From NCBI GenBank assembly GCA_963842525.1, contig CAWJGT010000009.1:1056001-1120000 (forward strand): a DNA stretch of 64,000 bases. The letters run 5' to 3'. Under the pieces are notes generated by a model. The model was not told where the DNA came from and did no database searches. It saw only the letters and a program-made list of their open reading frames with translations. The number at the start of each line of letters is the position of its first letter. Within the stretch, counting starts at the first letter, position 1. Both the position numbers and the translations under genes were made by a program. Positions 30,586 to 42,430 of this stretch are shown here, piece by piece. This stretch comes from an uncultured Holophagales bacterium (GTDB lineage: Bacteria; Acidobacteriota; Thermoanaerobaculia; Multivoradales; UBA5704).

Positions 30586-32957
30586 CGGGCCAGGGGATGG
30601 GTGCCTCCGTCGCGCGCCGCGAGGACCGGCGCTTCCTCCTCGGCAAGGGGCGGTACACCGACGACATCGCGCTCCCCGGGCAGACCTGGGCCGTGTTCGT
30701 CCGCTCTCCCTACGCCCATGCGGCCATCCGGTCGATCGACGCCTCCGCCGCGCTCGCGGCGCCGGGCGTGCTCGCCGTGCTGACGGGCGACGACGTGGCC
30801 GCCGACGGGCTGGGCGGGATTCCCTGCGGCTGGCAGCTCCACAACAAAGACGGCTCGCCCATGGTCGAGCCGCCGCACCCGGCCCTCGCGCAGGGGAAGG
30901 TGCGGCACGCCGGCGATCCGGTCGTGATGGTGATCGCCGAGACCCGGGCGCAGGCGAAGGATGCGGCGCAGCTCGTGGAGGTCGACTACGACCCGCGGCC
31001 GGCGGTCGCCCACCTGACGGCGGCCGTGGCTGACGGCGCGCCGCTCGTGTGGGATGAGGCCCCCGGCAACGTCTGCTTCGACTTTCATCTCGGCGACGCT
31101 GCGGCCACCGAGGCCGAATTCACGGGGGCGGCCCACATCACCGCCATCGACCTGGTCAACAACCGCATCGCCCCCAATGCGATCGAGCCGCGCGCCGCCA
31201 ACGGCCACTACGACTCGGCCGAAGACCGGTACACCCTCTACACCACGTCGCAGAACCCGCACCTGACGCGCCTGCTGCTCGGGGCGTTCAGCCTGAAGGT
31301 GCCGGAGCACCGGCTGCGCGTGGTCGCGCCCGACGTGGGCGGTGGGTTCGGCTCGAAGATCTTCCACTATGCCGAAGAGCTGCTCGTCCTCTGGGCTTCC
31401 AAACGGGTCGGCCGGCCGGTCAAGTGGACCGCCGAGCGGAGCGAGTCCTTCCTGTCCGACGCACACGGCCGGGACCATGTGAGCCACGCCGAGCTCGCCC
31501 TCGACGCCGACGGCAGGTTCCGCGGCCTGCGCGTCCGCACGCTCGCCAACATGGGGGCGTATCTCTCCACGTTCGCGCCGGTCATCCCGACCTATCTCCA
31601 CGCCACGCTCCTCTCCGGACCGTACGTCATCCCGGCGATCTATGCCGAGGTGAAGGCGATCTTCACCAACACCGTCCCGGTGGACGCGGTGCGCGGCGCC
31701 GGCCGCCCCGAGGCCACGTACCTGCTCGAACGCCTGGTGGACAAGGCCGCCCGCGAGCTGAACATCGACCGCGTGGAGATCCGGCGGAAGAACCTGATCC
31801 AGCCGGACCAGTTCCCCTATCAGACGCCGGTGGCCCTGCAGTACGACATCGGCGACTACCCGGCGACGCTCGACCTCGCGCTCCAGGCCATCGACTACCC
31901 GCGGCTCATGGAGCGCAAGGCTGCGTCCGTATCGCGTGGCAAGCTGCGTGGCTTCGGGATTTCGACCTACATCGAGGCGTGCGGCATCGCGCCGTCCGCG
32001 CTCGTGGGCGCACTCGGCGCACGCGCCGGGCTGTACGAGGCGGCGTCGGTGCGGGTTCATCCGACCGGGAGCGTGACCGTGTTCACCGGCTCGCACAGCC
32101 ATGGCCAGGGACACGAGACCACGTTCGCCCAGCTCGTCGTCGAGAGGCTCGGCATTCCTCTCGAAAACGTCGAGGTCGTCCATGGCGATACCGACCGCAT
32201 CCCCTTCGGCATGGGGACCTACGGCTCGCGGTCCGCCGCGGTCGGCGGCTCGGCGATCTACAAGGCGATCGACAAGATCGTCGACAAAGGGAAGAAAGTG
32301 GCGGCCCACCTCCTGGAGGCGAGCGTCGCCGACGTCGAGTTCTCCGACGGCAAGTTCCGCGTCGTCGGCACGGACCGCGAGAAGTCGTTCGGCGACATCG
32401 CGCTCGCCGCTTACGTGCCCCACAACTATCCGATCGAAACGGTCGAGCCGGGGCTCGAAGACTCGGCCTTCTACGATCCCAAGAACTTCACCTTCCCGGC
32501 GGGCTGCCACTGCGTCGAGGTCGAGGTCGATCCCGAGACCGGGGTCGTCGAGGTGACGGACGTCGCGATCGCCGACGACGTCGGAGTGATCATCAACCCG
32601 ATGATCGTCGACGGACAGGCGCACGGCGGCCTGGCGCAGGGCATCGGGCAGGCGCTCCTCGAAGAGGCGGTCTACGACGCGGAGGGGCAGCTCCTGTCGG
32701 GCTCGTTCATGAGCTATTGCATGCCGCGCGCGGCGGACCTGCCGATGTTCAAGGTCGGCAACCACGTGACCGCGTGTACGCACAATCCGGTCGGAATCAA
32801 GGGCGTGGGCGAGGTCGGCGCCATCGGCGTCCCGCCCGCAGTCATCAATGCCGTGCTCGACGCTCTGACCCCGCTCGGCGTCACGGACATCACCATGCCG
32901 GCGACCCCCGAGAAGGTCTGGCGGGCGATCCGCGCGGCGGGGGGAGGTACCGCATGA
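30582..32957 (+). CDS. Mo-binding large subunit, form II CoxL-like (not a proven CODH)
   Basis: VGGGFGSK, active-site loop [22 protein letters not shown]. Confidence 0.92.
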   Translation: MTGQGMGASVARREDRRFLLGKGRYTDDIALPGQTWAVFVRSPYAHAAIRSIDASAALAAPGVLAVLTGDDVAADGLGGIPCGWQLHNKDGSPMVEPPHPALAQGKVRHAGDPVVMVIAETRAQAKDAAQLVEVDYDPRPAVAHLTAAVADGAPLVWDEAPGNVCFDFHLGDAAATEAEFTGAAHITAIDLVNNRIAPNAIEPRAANGHYDSAEDRYTLYTTSQNPHLTRLLLGAFSLKVPEHRLRVVAPDVGGGFGSKIFHYAEELLVLWASKRVGRPVKWTAERSESFLSDAHGRDHVSHAELALDADGRFRGLRVRTLANMGAYLSTFAPVIPTYLHATLLSGPYVIPAIYAEVKAIFTNTVPVDAVRGAGRPEATYLLERLVDKAARELNIDRVEIRRKNLIQPDQFPYQTPVALQYDIGDYPATLDLALQAIDYPRLMERKAASVSRGKLRGFGISTYIEACGIAPSALVGALGARAGLYEAASVRVHPTGSVTVFTGSHSHGQGHETTFAQLVVERLGIPLENVEVVHGDTDRIPFGMGTYGSRSAAVGGSAIYKAIDKIVDKGKKVAAHLLEASVADVEFSDGKFRVVGTDREKSFGDIALAAYVPHNYPIETVEPGLEDSAFYDPKNFTFPAGCHCVEVEVDPETGVVEVTDVAIADDVGVIINPMIVDGQAHGGLAQGIGQALLEEAVYDAEGQLLSGSFMSYCMPRAADLPMFKVGNHVTACTHNPVGIKGVGEVGAIGVPPAVINAVLDALTPLGVTDITMPATPEKVWRAIRAAGGGTA

Positions 32958-33745
32958 AGAGCTTCGAATTCCACCGTCCGCAGTCGGTCGCCGACGCGGT
33001 CCTGCTGCTTCAGGGCAACGACGCGGCCAAGCTCCTCGCCGGAGGGCAAAGCCTGATCCCCGTGATGAAGCTCGACCTGGCGCAGCCCTCGGCCGTCGTG
33101 TCGCTCGGCGCCATCACCGGTCTCCGGAACATCCTCGACGGCGACCCCCTGGTGATCGGCGCTCTCGCCACGCACGACGAGGTGAGCACGTCCCCCGTGG
33201 TGCGGCAGCGCATCCCGAGTCTCGCCAACCTGGCCGGGGGGATCGGCGATGCGCAGGTCCGCAACCGCGGAACCCTGGGCGGCTCGCTCGCCCACGGCGA
33301 TCCGGCCGCCGACTATCCCGCGGCCGTGCTCGGCCTGGGCGCGACGATCGAGACCGACCGCCGCAGCATCGCGGCCGACGACTATTTCACCGGCCTGTTC
33401 ACCACGGCGCTCGAACCGGACGAGATCATCACCGCCGTGCACTTTCCGGTGCCGGAGCGCTCGGGTTATGCCAAGTTCGCCAGCCCGGCGTCGAAGTACG
33501 CGATCGTCGGCGTGATGGTGGCGAAGACCGCGGGCGGCGTGCGCGTCGCGGTCACCGGGGCCGGTCCCAAGGTGTTCCGCGTCCCCGCGTTGGAGGCGGC
33601 GCTCACAGTGCAGTTTTCGCCGGACGCCGTCACCTCCGGGGTCGTTTCGCCCGGGGATCTGCGGTCGGACAACGAGGCAAGCGCGGAGTACCGGGCGCAT
33701 CTCGTGACGGTGATGGCCCGGCGGGCCGTCCAGGCCTGTCAATAA
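32954..33745 (+). CDS. FAD medium subunit, CoxM-like
   Basis: [30 protein letters not shown]. Confidence 0.93.
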   Translation: MKSFEFHRPQSVADAVLLLQGNDAAKLLAGGQSLIPVMKLDLAQPSAVVSLGAITGLRNILDGDPLVIGALATHDEVSTSPVVRQRIPSLANLAGGIGDAQVRNRGTLGGSLAHGDPAADYPAAVLGLGATIETDRRSIAADDYFTGLFTTALEPDEIITAVHFPVPERSGYAKFASPASKYAIVGVMVAKTAGGVRVAVTGAGPKVFRVPALEAALTVQFSPDAVTSGVVSPGDLRSDNEASAEYRAHLVTVMARRAVQACQ

Positions 33746-33746
33746 G

Positions 33747-34663
<917 letters not shown>

Positions 34664-34667
<4 letters not shown>

Positions 34668-35818
34668 CGTCGAAGCTGGCGGAGAACGTCGTCCATTTCA
34701 CCCGCCTTTTGCGCGGCGCCGGTCTCCGTCTTGGGCCGGCGAGCGCTCTGGACGCCCTTGCCGCCGCGTCCGCGGTGGATGTCGTTGTACGTAGCGAGCT
34801 CTATTCGGCACTCCATGCTGTCCTGGTCAAACGGCCGGAAGATTTCGAGGTCTTCGATCAGGCCTTCCGTCTGTTCTGGCGCGAGCCGGGACGCGTTCCC
34901 GATGCGCTGGCGCAGCTCCTGGCGCAGATGCGTATGCCGCAGGCGTCGGCGACCGCGGACATCTCGCGGCGGGTTGCCGAGGCATGGCGCAAGCCGTCGT
35001 CCACTGGACAGGCGCCCGCCGAGCAGGGCGAGGTCGATGCCGCGCTCACCTTCTCGTCCGACGAGGTTCTTCGCACACGCGATTTCGATCAGATGACCGC
35101 CGGGGAGCTGGCCCGCGCCAAGCGGATCGTCGCCCAGATGGCAGTGGTGCAGCGGCCAATCCGCACACGTCGCTTCGCACCCGATCCACACGGCGACCGC
35201 ATCGACCTCGCCCGCACAGTTCGCGAAAGCCGCAAGACCTTCGGCGACCTGGCGCCCCTGCATTTCAGATCACGCATCCTCCTGCCGCCGCCGCTGGTCG
35301 TCCTGTGTGACATCTCGGGCTCGATGGGACGCTATTCGGAGATGCTGCTGCACTTCCTGCACGCCCTGCTCGCCGCCCGCAGCCGCGTCCATGCCTTCCT
35401 TTTTGCCACCCGGCTCACGAAGGTGACTCGGATCCTCCGCCGCCGCGACGTCGACGAAGCGCTCGCGCGCTGCGGCCGCGAGGTCCTGGACTGGTCGGGA
35501 GGAACCCGCCTGCGCACCTGCCTGCACGACTTCAACCGCACCTGGTCACGGCGCGTGCTGGGCCACGGCGCCGTGGTGCTGCTCGTCACCGACGGCCTCG
35601 ACCGCGACCCCGAGCCCGGCCTGGACGCCGAGGCCGACCGCCTCCACCGCTCCTGCCGCAGGCTGATCTGGCTCAACCCTCTCCTGCGCTGGGAGGGATT
35701 CCAGCCCCGAGCCCAGGGAGTGCGCGCCCTCCTGCCCCACGTCGACGAGCACCGTCCCGTCCATAACCTGGACAGCCTCGAAGCGCTGGGCCGGGCCTTG
35801 GGCAAGGCCGAGCCGTAG
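34664..35818 (+). CDS. VWA protein, CoxE-like
   Basis: CDISGSM, DWSGGT, TDGLD, WLNPL. Confidence 0.92.
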
Positions 35819-35861
35819 GGGCTCCCCGGTGAGCGCGGGGCTCACGGGGCTCTCGATAGAG

Positions 35862-35916
35862 TTGACGCCCCGCCCCAATTCAGCTATACTAGAAATACAT
35901 CAATAGTTGACTATAT
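35862..35916 (+). promoter_or_regulatory. Sigma70 promoter plus candidate operator
   Basis: TTGACG-17 bp-TATACT, then the near-palindrome ATAGTTGACTAT at 35903-35914. Confidence 0.65.
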
Positions 35917-36172
35917 AAGGGGGAGGCCCGGGGTGAGCACCGCTGTCTTATCAGCCGCATGCACGGCGACGGGAGCTCCGGCTGGCGTGTTGCGGAGACA
36001 CGGACGGCGGCCGCATCGCCGGCGTAGTCTTGAACGCTCTCAAAACCGCTCAACGCCCCGACCCCCTGGTTCATGAGGCTGAACAAGGTCCCGGGCGACT
36101 CATCGCACGATAAGCAATTGCAGCCAATCAAGAAGGCTCACCAGAACCAGGAACCATGGAGGAGCGACGCAG

Positions 36173-38653
36173 ATGAACCACCAAATCGCGCAGAAATTGA
36201 TGTTGGTTTGCTGCCTCATCCTTCTTCTCGGCTGCCCCAAGAAGGGCGCCGACGGGAAGCCACAGGCCGGAAACGTGGTCGTGGACGAAGCCCGGCTCGC
36301 AGGCCGCGACGCCGCATCGTTCCCCGCCGCGGACGAGGACTACTACCGCGACATGGACGGCGGCGTGCCCCTGACGCCTGCCCAGGTCGTTGGACGCAAC
36401 AACTGGGTCGTGTGGACCGCGGGGAACGACCGTCTGTGGGACGTCCTCACGGACAAGAGCGCTGGGTCCTTCGATCTCCTGAAGACGATCTCCTCCTACA
36501 CCTACCCGAAGGACTCGAAGCTCCCGCAGTACGGCCGCCACAACCGGTGGAAGTGGCAGGGCCTGGTCAACGAGCCCTGTTTCGAGGAGGCCAAGGGGCC
36601 GGACCCGGACCGCTTCGGCCTGTGGCTCGACAAGCGCCGCGCCGACTGTCCTCCTGACCCCTTCGAAAACGAGGCCAAGTACCCGGGCATCAAGCTCGGA
36701 GCGCGGGGCAAGAACCTGCCTGCCGGATCCTATTACGGCTGGGGCACCGGGATCATGGGCCTGCGGCTGTTCCCGAATCCGGCCTTCGACGAAGCGGCAG
36801 CCAAGGCCTGGGATCCGGTGCGCTATTACTCCGACCCCAGCTACTACCTGCGCAAGGGTCTCGTGCGGCCCTACCGGGTCGGCATGTCGTGCGGCTTCTG
36901 CCACGTCGGGCCCAACCCGGTCCATCCGCCCGCCGATCCGGAAAACCCGCAGTGGGCGGACCTGTCCTCGAACGTCGGCGCCCAGTACTTCTGGATCGAC
37001 CGCATCTTCAGTTGGGATGCGGATGAGAGCAGCTTCCCCTACCAGCTCTTCCACACCTCGCGCCCGGGCGCCCTCGACACCTCCCTGGTCTCCACCGACT
37101 ACATCAACAACCCGCGCACGATGAATGCCGTGTACGATCTCGGCGCCCGGCTGGCTCAGGGCAAGCGCTGGGGCAAGGAGACGCTGGCAGGGGGCGAGCT
37201 GGACAACAAACAATTCAACGAGTACTTCCCTGGCGGGCCGCTCTCCGAGTTTTTCCAGCCGCCGAGCACCGTCTTCACGCCGCGCGTGCTCAAAGACGGC
37301 GCCGACTCGGTCGGGGCCCTGGGAGCGCTCAACCGGGTCTACATCAACATCGGGCTGTTCAGCGAGGAGTGGCTGCGGCACTTCAATCCGCTGGCGGGCG
37401 GCAAGCCCATCTCGCCGATCGAGGTCAAGGTGGGGCGCGCGAATTCGAGCTTCTGGCAGGCCAACGAGGCGCAGACCCCCCACGTCGCCGATTTCTTCCT
37501 GGCCACCACGGCGCCGCATCTGCTCCAGGACGCCCCCGGCGGCGCGGCCCATCTCACCAAGGACCAGGCGCAGCTCACTCGCGGCAAGGAGGTCTTCGCG
37601 GCAACTTGCGCGCGCTGCCACTCGTCCAAGCTCCCCGCGTCGGCGGCGGGGCTCGATCCCGGCGGCTGCGCAGGTCCCGGCTATCTCGACTGCTGGAACA
37701 AGTACTGGGCGTCGACCAAGACCGACGATTTCAAGAAGCAGATGCGGGAGATCGTGCTCAAGGACGATTTCCTCAAGGACAACTTCCTGTCGACCGAGGC
37801 GCGCGTCCCCGTGACGCTCCTGGAGACGAACGCCTGCAGCCCGCTTGCCACCAATGCGATTGCCGGCAATATCTGGGACAACTACTCCTCGCAGTCGTAC
37901 AAGAACCTGCCTTCGGTGGGCACGATCACGGTCCATGACCCGTTCACCGGCGAGCCGAAGCAGTTCACCATGCCTGGCGGTGGCCGCGGCTACACGCGGC
38001 CGGCCTCGTTGATCAGCCTGTGGTCGACGGCTCCCTTCCTGCTGAACAACACGGTGGGACTGTTCAACGGGGATCCTTCGGTCAAGGGGCGGATGGCCGC
38101 CTTCCAGGACGGCATCGAGAAGATGCTGTGGCCGGAGAAGCGGGACAAGGATCCGAAGCTCGGCGACAAAATTCCGGGCCCCAGCCTGATCGACCGGACG
38201 ACCGCGTCGAGCTATCTCCGGGTTCCGTCCGGCTACGTTCCCGATTTCCTGCGGAAACAGCGCTTCCTGGCGGAACGGTTGACTCCGGCGATCCTCGGGG
38301 AAGGCGGCATCGAGATCGGGCCAATCCCCAAGGGGACGCCGGTCAACCTGCTGACGAACATCAACGTCCGGCCCGACAACCAGACGACGCGGGAGAGGCT
38401 GGCGCACGACAAGAAGCTCCTGGGGCTCCTGATAGATGTCAAGCGCGACCTCAGGAAATTGCCGGTGGGCGCCACCGATGAGCAGGCGCGCGAAGTCTTT
38501 GCCAACCTGGTGCCCCGTATGCTCGAGCTCAGCAAGTGCCCGGATTTCGTGGTCAACCGCGGCCACTACTTCGGCACCGACCTCTTCAAGGAGGAGCCGG
38601 GTTTGAGCGATGCCGACAAGAGGGCTCTGATCGAGTTCCTGAAGACCTTCTGA
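36173..38653 (+). CDS. Large diheme c-type cytochrome lipoprotein (RoxA/diheme peroxidase-like superfamily by inference)
   Basis: Lipobox LLLGC; CGFCH and CARCH; SLWSTAPFLLNN; DKRALIEFLKTF. Confidence 0.8.
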   Translation: MNHQIAQKLMLVCCLILLLGCPKKGADGKPQAGNVVVDEARLAGRDAASFPAADEDYYRDMDGGVPLTPAQVVGRNNWVVWTAGNDRLWDVLTDKSAGSFDLLKTISSYTYPKDSKLPQYGRHNRWKWQGLVNEPCFEEAKGPDPDRFGLWLDKRRADCPPDPFENEAKYPGIKLGARGKNLPAGSYYGWGTGIMGLRLFPNPAFDEAAAKAWDPVRYYSDPSYYLRKGLVRPYRVGMSCGFCHVGPNPVHPPADPENPQWADLSSNVGAQYFWIDRIFSWDADESSFPYQLFHTSRPGALDTSLVSTDYINNPRTMNAVYDLGARLAQGKRWGKETLAGGELDNKQFNEYFPGGPLSEFFQPPSTVFTPRVLKDGADSVGALGALNRVYINIGLFSEEWLRHFNPLAGGKPISPIEVKVGRANSSFWQANEAQTPHVADFFLATTAPHLLQDAPGGAAHLTKDQAQLTRGKEVFAATCARCHSSKLPASAAGLDPGGCAGPGYLDCWNKYWASTKTDDFKKQMREIVLKDDFLKDNFLSTEARVPVTLLETNACSPLATNAIAGNIWDNYSSQSYKNLPSVGTITVHDPFTGEPKQFTMPGGGRGYTRPASLISLWSTAPFLLNNTVGLFNGDPSVKGRMAAFQDGIEKMLWPEKRDKDPKLGDKIPGPSLIDRTTASSYLRVPSGYVPDFLRKQRFLAERLTPAILGEGGIEIGPIPKGTPVNLLTNINVRPDNQTTRERLAHDKKLLGLLIDVKRDLRKLPVGATDEQAREVFANLVPRMLELSKCPDFVVNRGHYFGTDLFKEEPGLSDADKRALIEFLKTF

Positions 38654-38685
38654 CGCCGCCGGGGTTTGCAAGGGAAAGGAGAGGG

Positions 38686-40560
38686 ATGAGCTCTCAGACC
38701 CAACAGCAGGCGGAGGTCAGCTTGGAAGAGGAGTATGAGTACATCGTCGTGGGCTCGGGGGCCGGGGGCGGGCCGTTGGCCGCCAACCTGGCCCTCGCCG
38801 GCCACACGGTGCTGGTGCTGGAGGCCGGAGGCTCTCCAGACACCTACAACTACCAGGTGCCGGCGTTCCATCCCAACGCCTCGGAGGAGCCGGGGATGTC
38901 CTGGGGCTTCTTCGTGCGCCACTATGCCGATGACGAGCAGCAGAAGAAGGATTGGAAATACGTGCCGGAGCGCGGGATCTACTACCCGCGCGCCGGCACG
39001 CTGGGCGGTTGCACCGCGCACAACGCGATGATCCTCGTCTACCCCCACAACAGCGACTGGGATCGAATCGCCGAGCTGACCGGCGACAAGTCCTGGAACG
39101 CCAAAGCCATGCGCCGCTACTACCAGCGCCTGGAGGAGTGCCGCTACCGCGGCATCCTGCGCTTCCTCTACCGGCTCCTGCGCTGGAATCCCAGCCGTCA
39201 CGGCTTCGGCGGCTGGCTGGCCAGCGAGACGGCGGCGATCAAGCTGCTGCTCGACGACCAGGGTTTGCTCTGGCTTGTCCGCTGGTCAGCCTTCAAGAAC
39301 CTCTTCAGGCAGGGCCTCAAGCAGGCCCTGAAGCAGCTCGCCTTCTCCGTCATCACCTGGTTTGACCCCAATAGCTGGTGGTCGGTGGTGCGCCGCTCGG
39401 AAGGATTCCGCATGGCTCCGCTGTCGCGCGACATGGGACGCCGAACGGGCAGCCGGGAGCGGCTCAACGCCGTGAAGAGCGACCCCAAATTCAGAGACAA
39501 CCTCACGATCCGGCTAGGAGCCCTCGCCACGCGCGTGCTGTTCGACGACGGCCAGCGCGCCGTCGGCGTGGAATACATCGAAGGCGCCCACCTCTACAAG
39601 GCCGACGTCCTGAACCAGCCCGGGGAGACTGGCACTGTGCGGCAGGCGCGGGCCAGCCGCGAGGTGATCCTGGCCGGCGGCGCCTTCAACACGCCGCAGC
39701 TCTTGCAGCTCTCCGGCATCGGCCCTGCCGACCTCCTGCAGCGCCACGGTATCCCGGTGCGGGTCGACCTGCCGGGAGTTGGGGCCAATCTCCAGGACCG
39801 CTACGAGATCACGGTCGTCCTGCGCATGGACAAGCCGTTCTCCTCGTTCAAGGACGCGACCATGATGCCGCCCGGGCCGGGCGAGGAGCCCGATCCGCAG
39901 TTCAAACAGTGGCGCGCCAGCGGCGAGGGCGCCTATACCACCAACGGTACGGTGATGTCGTTCATCAAGCGCTCGCGGCCGGAGCTGCTCGATCCGGACC
40001 TTTTCCTCTTCGGGCTGGTGACCGATTTCCGCGGCTACTACCCGGGCTACTCGAAGAGGATCCAGGAGGCGCGCCGCTACTTTACCTGGGCGGTGCTCAA
40101 GGGGAGCACCCACAACAGGGGCAAGGTCGAGATCCGCTCGGCCGACCCGCGCGACGTGCCGAGCATCGACTTCAACTACTTCGGCGGCGATGGGTGGAAA
40201 GAGGACCTCGACGCGGTGGTGCACGCCGTCGAGTTCATCCTCGGCATTACCAAGGGTTACGGCCGGCGGATCGATGAAGAGGAGGCGCCGGGCAAACAGA
40301 AGCACAGCCGCGAAGACCTCGAGGAGTACGTTCGCAACCAGGCCTGGGGGCACCACGCCTCCTGCACCTGCAAGATCGGGGTGGACGGCGATCGGATGGC
40401 GGTCCTCGACTCGTCTTTCAGGGTGCGCGGCACCGAGGGCCTGCGAGTCGTCGACGCGTCGGTCTTCCCGCACATCCCGGGCCTGTTCATCGTGTCCGCG
40501 ATCTACATGATTGCCGAGAAGGCGGCCGACGTCATCCTGGCAGACGCCAGGCGCGGTTAG
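38686..40560 (+). CDS. GMC-family flavin oxidoreductase
   Basis: GSGAGGG, RAGTLGGCTAHNAM, TPQLLQLSGIG, HHASCTC, LRVVDASVFP. Confidence 0.93.
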   Translation: MSSQTQQQAEVSLEEEYEYIVVGSGAGGGPLAANLALAGHTVLVLEAGGSPDTYNYQVPAFHPNASEEPGMSWGFFVRHYADDEQQKKDWKYVPERGIYYPRAGTLGGCTAHNAMILVYPHNSDWDRIAELTGDKSWNAKAMRRYYQRLEECRYRGILRFLYRLLRWNPSRHGFGGWLASETAAIKLLLDDQGLLWLVRWSAFKNLFRQGLKQALKQLAFSVITWFDPNSWWSVVRRSEGFRMAPLSRDMGRRTGSRERLNAVKSDPKFRDNLTIRLGALATRVLFDDGQRAVGVEYIEGAHLYKADVLNQPGETGTVRQARASREVILAGGAFNTPQLLQLSGIGPADLLQRHGIPVRVDLPGVGANLQDRYEITVVLRMDKPFSSFKDATMMPPGPGEEPDPQFKQWRASGEGAYTTNGTVMSFIKRSRPELLDPDLFLFGLVTDFRGYYPGYSKRIQEARRYFTWAVLKGSTHNRGKVEIRSADPRDVPSIDFNYFGGDGWKEDLDAVVHAVEFILGITKGYGRRIDEEEAPGKQKHSREDLEEYVRNQAWGHHASCTCKIGVDGDRMAVLDSSFRVRGTEGLRVVDASVFPHIPGLFIVSAIYMIAEKAADVILADARRG

Positions 40561-40566
40561 CTTGAA

Positions 40567-40594
40567 TTGGAGCAACGAGCATTTATGGTAGAAT
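40567..40594 (+). promoter_or_regulatory. Extended -10 promoter candidate
   Basis: TGGTAGAAT in an AT-rich intergenic patch. Confidence 0.45.
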
Positions 40595-40660
40595 TACTAA
40601 CAAGCCCTACTTCGACTCCGCGCGACGAAGCGCCGCGAGCTACCGACGAGGAGTAGCCTT

Positions 40661-42418
40661 ATGCGCAAAGCCGGATTTGTATTGATCCTCTTCTTGGCGG
40701 TGCTGGGGACTGCGATAGGACAGCAGATCCCGAAACCGCCACCCGAGGACAATCCAAACGCCCATGCTCTGGCCGACCAGCTCTATCCGTCCGCCAAGGT
40801 CTGCGGCGAGTGTCACCCCAGGCAGTACGAGCAGTGGAGCAACTCCTCCCACGCCTATGCCAGCCTGTCCCCGATGTTCAACAAGTTCGAGCAGAAGATC
40901 AATGACCTGGCGTCAGGCACCATCAACTCCTTCTGCGTCCGCTGTCACGCCAGCGTCGGCACGGCCCTGGGCGAGAGGCGCGACATTGCCTGGTGGGATC
41001 GCAGCGCGGCCTCCCGCGAAGGCATCACCTGCGTCACCTGCCACCGCGTCGGGAACGGCTACGGCAAGACGAACGCCGCGCGGCGGATCACGCCGGGCGG
41101 CATCCACGAGGCCGTGTTCGGCCCCTTCGATACCCAAGGCGGCATCAAGGCGATCAGCGAAGCGACAGACCTCCAGCTCCTCGTGAGCCACGACCAGCCC
41201 GACAGGCCGGACGAGTCGGACGGGACCAAATGGATCAGGATTCACCAGGCGGCGGTGCAATCGGAGTTCATCACGAAATCAGAGTTCTGCGCCACCTGCC
41301 ACCAGGTCCAGGTCCATCCCGGCATCAAGCTCGAAACCGTCTGGGAAGAGTACCGGTCGTCTCCCGCCGCCAAGGAGGGCATCACCTGCCAGCAGTGCCA
41401 CATGAGCACCAACCCGGGGCTGCCCAGCGGTTTTGCAACAGGGTGGGCCGCCATGATCAACGGCAAGACCGTCCGCGAAGACCGGCCGCTGACCGACCAC
41501 ACCTTCGTCGGCCCGGGCTACCCCATCAGCCATCCCGGCCTCTTCCCGTTCCGCATGGAAGAGTCTCCCTTCACGCCGCAGCAGTGGTTGAAGTTCAACT
41601 ACCGGGACAAGTGGGGGAGCGCAGACTTCGAGAGCAAGGTCGCCGCCTCGTACACCTTCCCGCCCGAGTGGCAGAACCCCGCCGACCGCAAGAAGGCCTG
41701 GGGCATCGTCGAGGAGAATCTCGTGAGGTGGGAGGATCGGCGGAAGCAGCGCGAGAAGCTCCTCGAGACCGCCTCGGACCTCGACGGTCCGTTTTTCAAG
41801 GGGCGCCCCGAGGTCGGTAAGACCTTCTCGTTCGAATACAAGATCACCAATCGCAACAAGGGTCACAACCTCCCGTCCGGCTCTCTGGGGGCCCAGCCCG
41901 AATTGTGGCTCAACGTTGCTCTCATCGATCCTGACGGGAAGAGGATCTGGGAATCGGGCTACGTCGACAGCGACGGTGACGTCGCCGATTTTCAGTCCGC
42001 GGACGTCCAGAACGGTCTGATCGAGCACGACGACCAGCTCGTCAGCATGCAGGCCAAGTTCATCACCACGAACCTGAAGGGAACGGACCGGGAGATGTAT
42101 CTGCCGATCAACCTGGATTTCGACCAGCTTCCCTTCATCCGCCCCGGCGGCACACCGGTCTCGCTGCTCAATCATCCCCCCTTCGCGCGCATGGAGAAGC
42201 GCAGCATCCCGCCTCTGGGCAGCCGGCTCGCGAAGTACAAGGTCCCGGGGAAGCTGCTGACAAAGGCCGGCACCTACCAGCTCGCCGTGCGCCTGCGCGC
42301 CCGGACCGAGCCGATCTACTTCATGAAGTTCGTCGGCGCCACGAACGACATGATCCGGTCCGAAAATTAATGGGCTGACGACATTCATCCCTACGCCGTC
42401 GAATTCGAGGTCCGCTGA
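40661..42418 (+). CDS. Exported pentaheme c-type cytochrome; in-frame TAA at 42368-42370 before the last 15 codons
   Basis: Signal peptide; CGECH, CVRCH, CVTCH, CATCH, CQQCH. Frame continues WADDIHPYAVEFEVR* up to the next RBS. Confidence 0.85.
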
Positions 42419-42430
42419 GGAGGGGCAAAC

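Noticed and set aside
30084-32783. Long antisense ORFs (also 6633..8642, 36128..38671, 58923..61037 and others)
   Set aside because: Shadow frames of GC-rich genes that have clear family motifs on the opposite strand.
30582-32957. Second true CO dehydrogenase
   Set aside because: Lacks the Cu-binding Cys of AYxCSFR and has S-L-M order.
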